This document shows positions 63,766 through 64,000 of a stretch of DNA of 64,000 nt, in pieces. Numbering within the stretch: position 1 is the stretch's first letter; each line of letters begins with the position of its first letter. Location: the IMG/VR virus record IMGVR_UViG_3300044641_009805, positions 1 to 64,000 of that record. One strand, 5' to 3'. Under the pieces are notes generated by a model, which did not search any database, was not told the origin of the DNA, and was given only the letters and a program-made list of their open reading frames with translations. Both the position numbers and the translations under genes were made by a program.

Positions 63766-64000
63766 ACCCAACGGGTTTACCATTGGCGCAGCAGAGATAC
63801 ATTGCGGCAATGGCACGAAAGAAGAAGCAAGAGGCACAAGATAAGCAAGCCTCGATAATCGAGATTCAAATACCGGAAGCAAAGATGGTTCCTGCAAATC
63901 AAGTGGTGCCTGGACAGGTCGTCAAAATTCCAGGCGGTGAGTTTCACAAGGTCGTATCTGTGGATCCCATCCTCGACCCGTCTCACCCTCAGCTCTGGGG

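Overview
This is a 64-kb piece of what is very probably a large (jumbo/huge) tailed-phage genome. It is densely packed with small hypothetical genes and has no rRNA or ribosomal-protein operons. RNA genes: a tmRNA and 14 tRNAs, including one CAU tRNA split by a group I intron and an unusual Ser-AGA. Host-like genes: TilS, a SpoU-type methyltransferase, ClpP, GroEL, IF-1, Fpg/Nei, YeaH-SpoVR-PrkA, a MoxR-type AAA ATPase with a vWA partner, a RadA-like ATPase, Sir2 and a large PilY1. PilY1, a Gly-rich lipoprotein and the high-GC right arm point to a Myxococcota-like host (inference). Four sequence-level patterns stand out. (1) About 18 otherwise unrelated proteins share an N-terminal 'MKI-x-LxELRxIIREE' leader, a candidate capsid-targeting/injected-effector system whose cargo includes GNAT-like, ART-like, PAP2 and HTH domains. 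(2) The first 5.7 kb almost completely avoids GpC, GAC and GTC, and carries a tandem array of about 24 'GDLV' SH3/KOW-like mini-genes. (3) At least 17 promoters have a -35 box starting exactly 36 nt before the start codon, implying leaderless mRNAs; an AUU-initiated fpg and phage IF-1 are also present. (4) Strand skew flips sharply at about 49.09 kb, a candidate replication origin. All annotations come from motif recognition by eye and no database searches were run. Several starts were shifted from the ORF track to better-supported codons.
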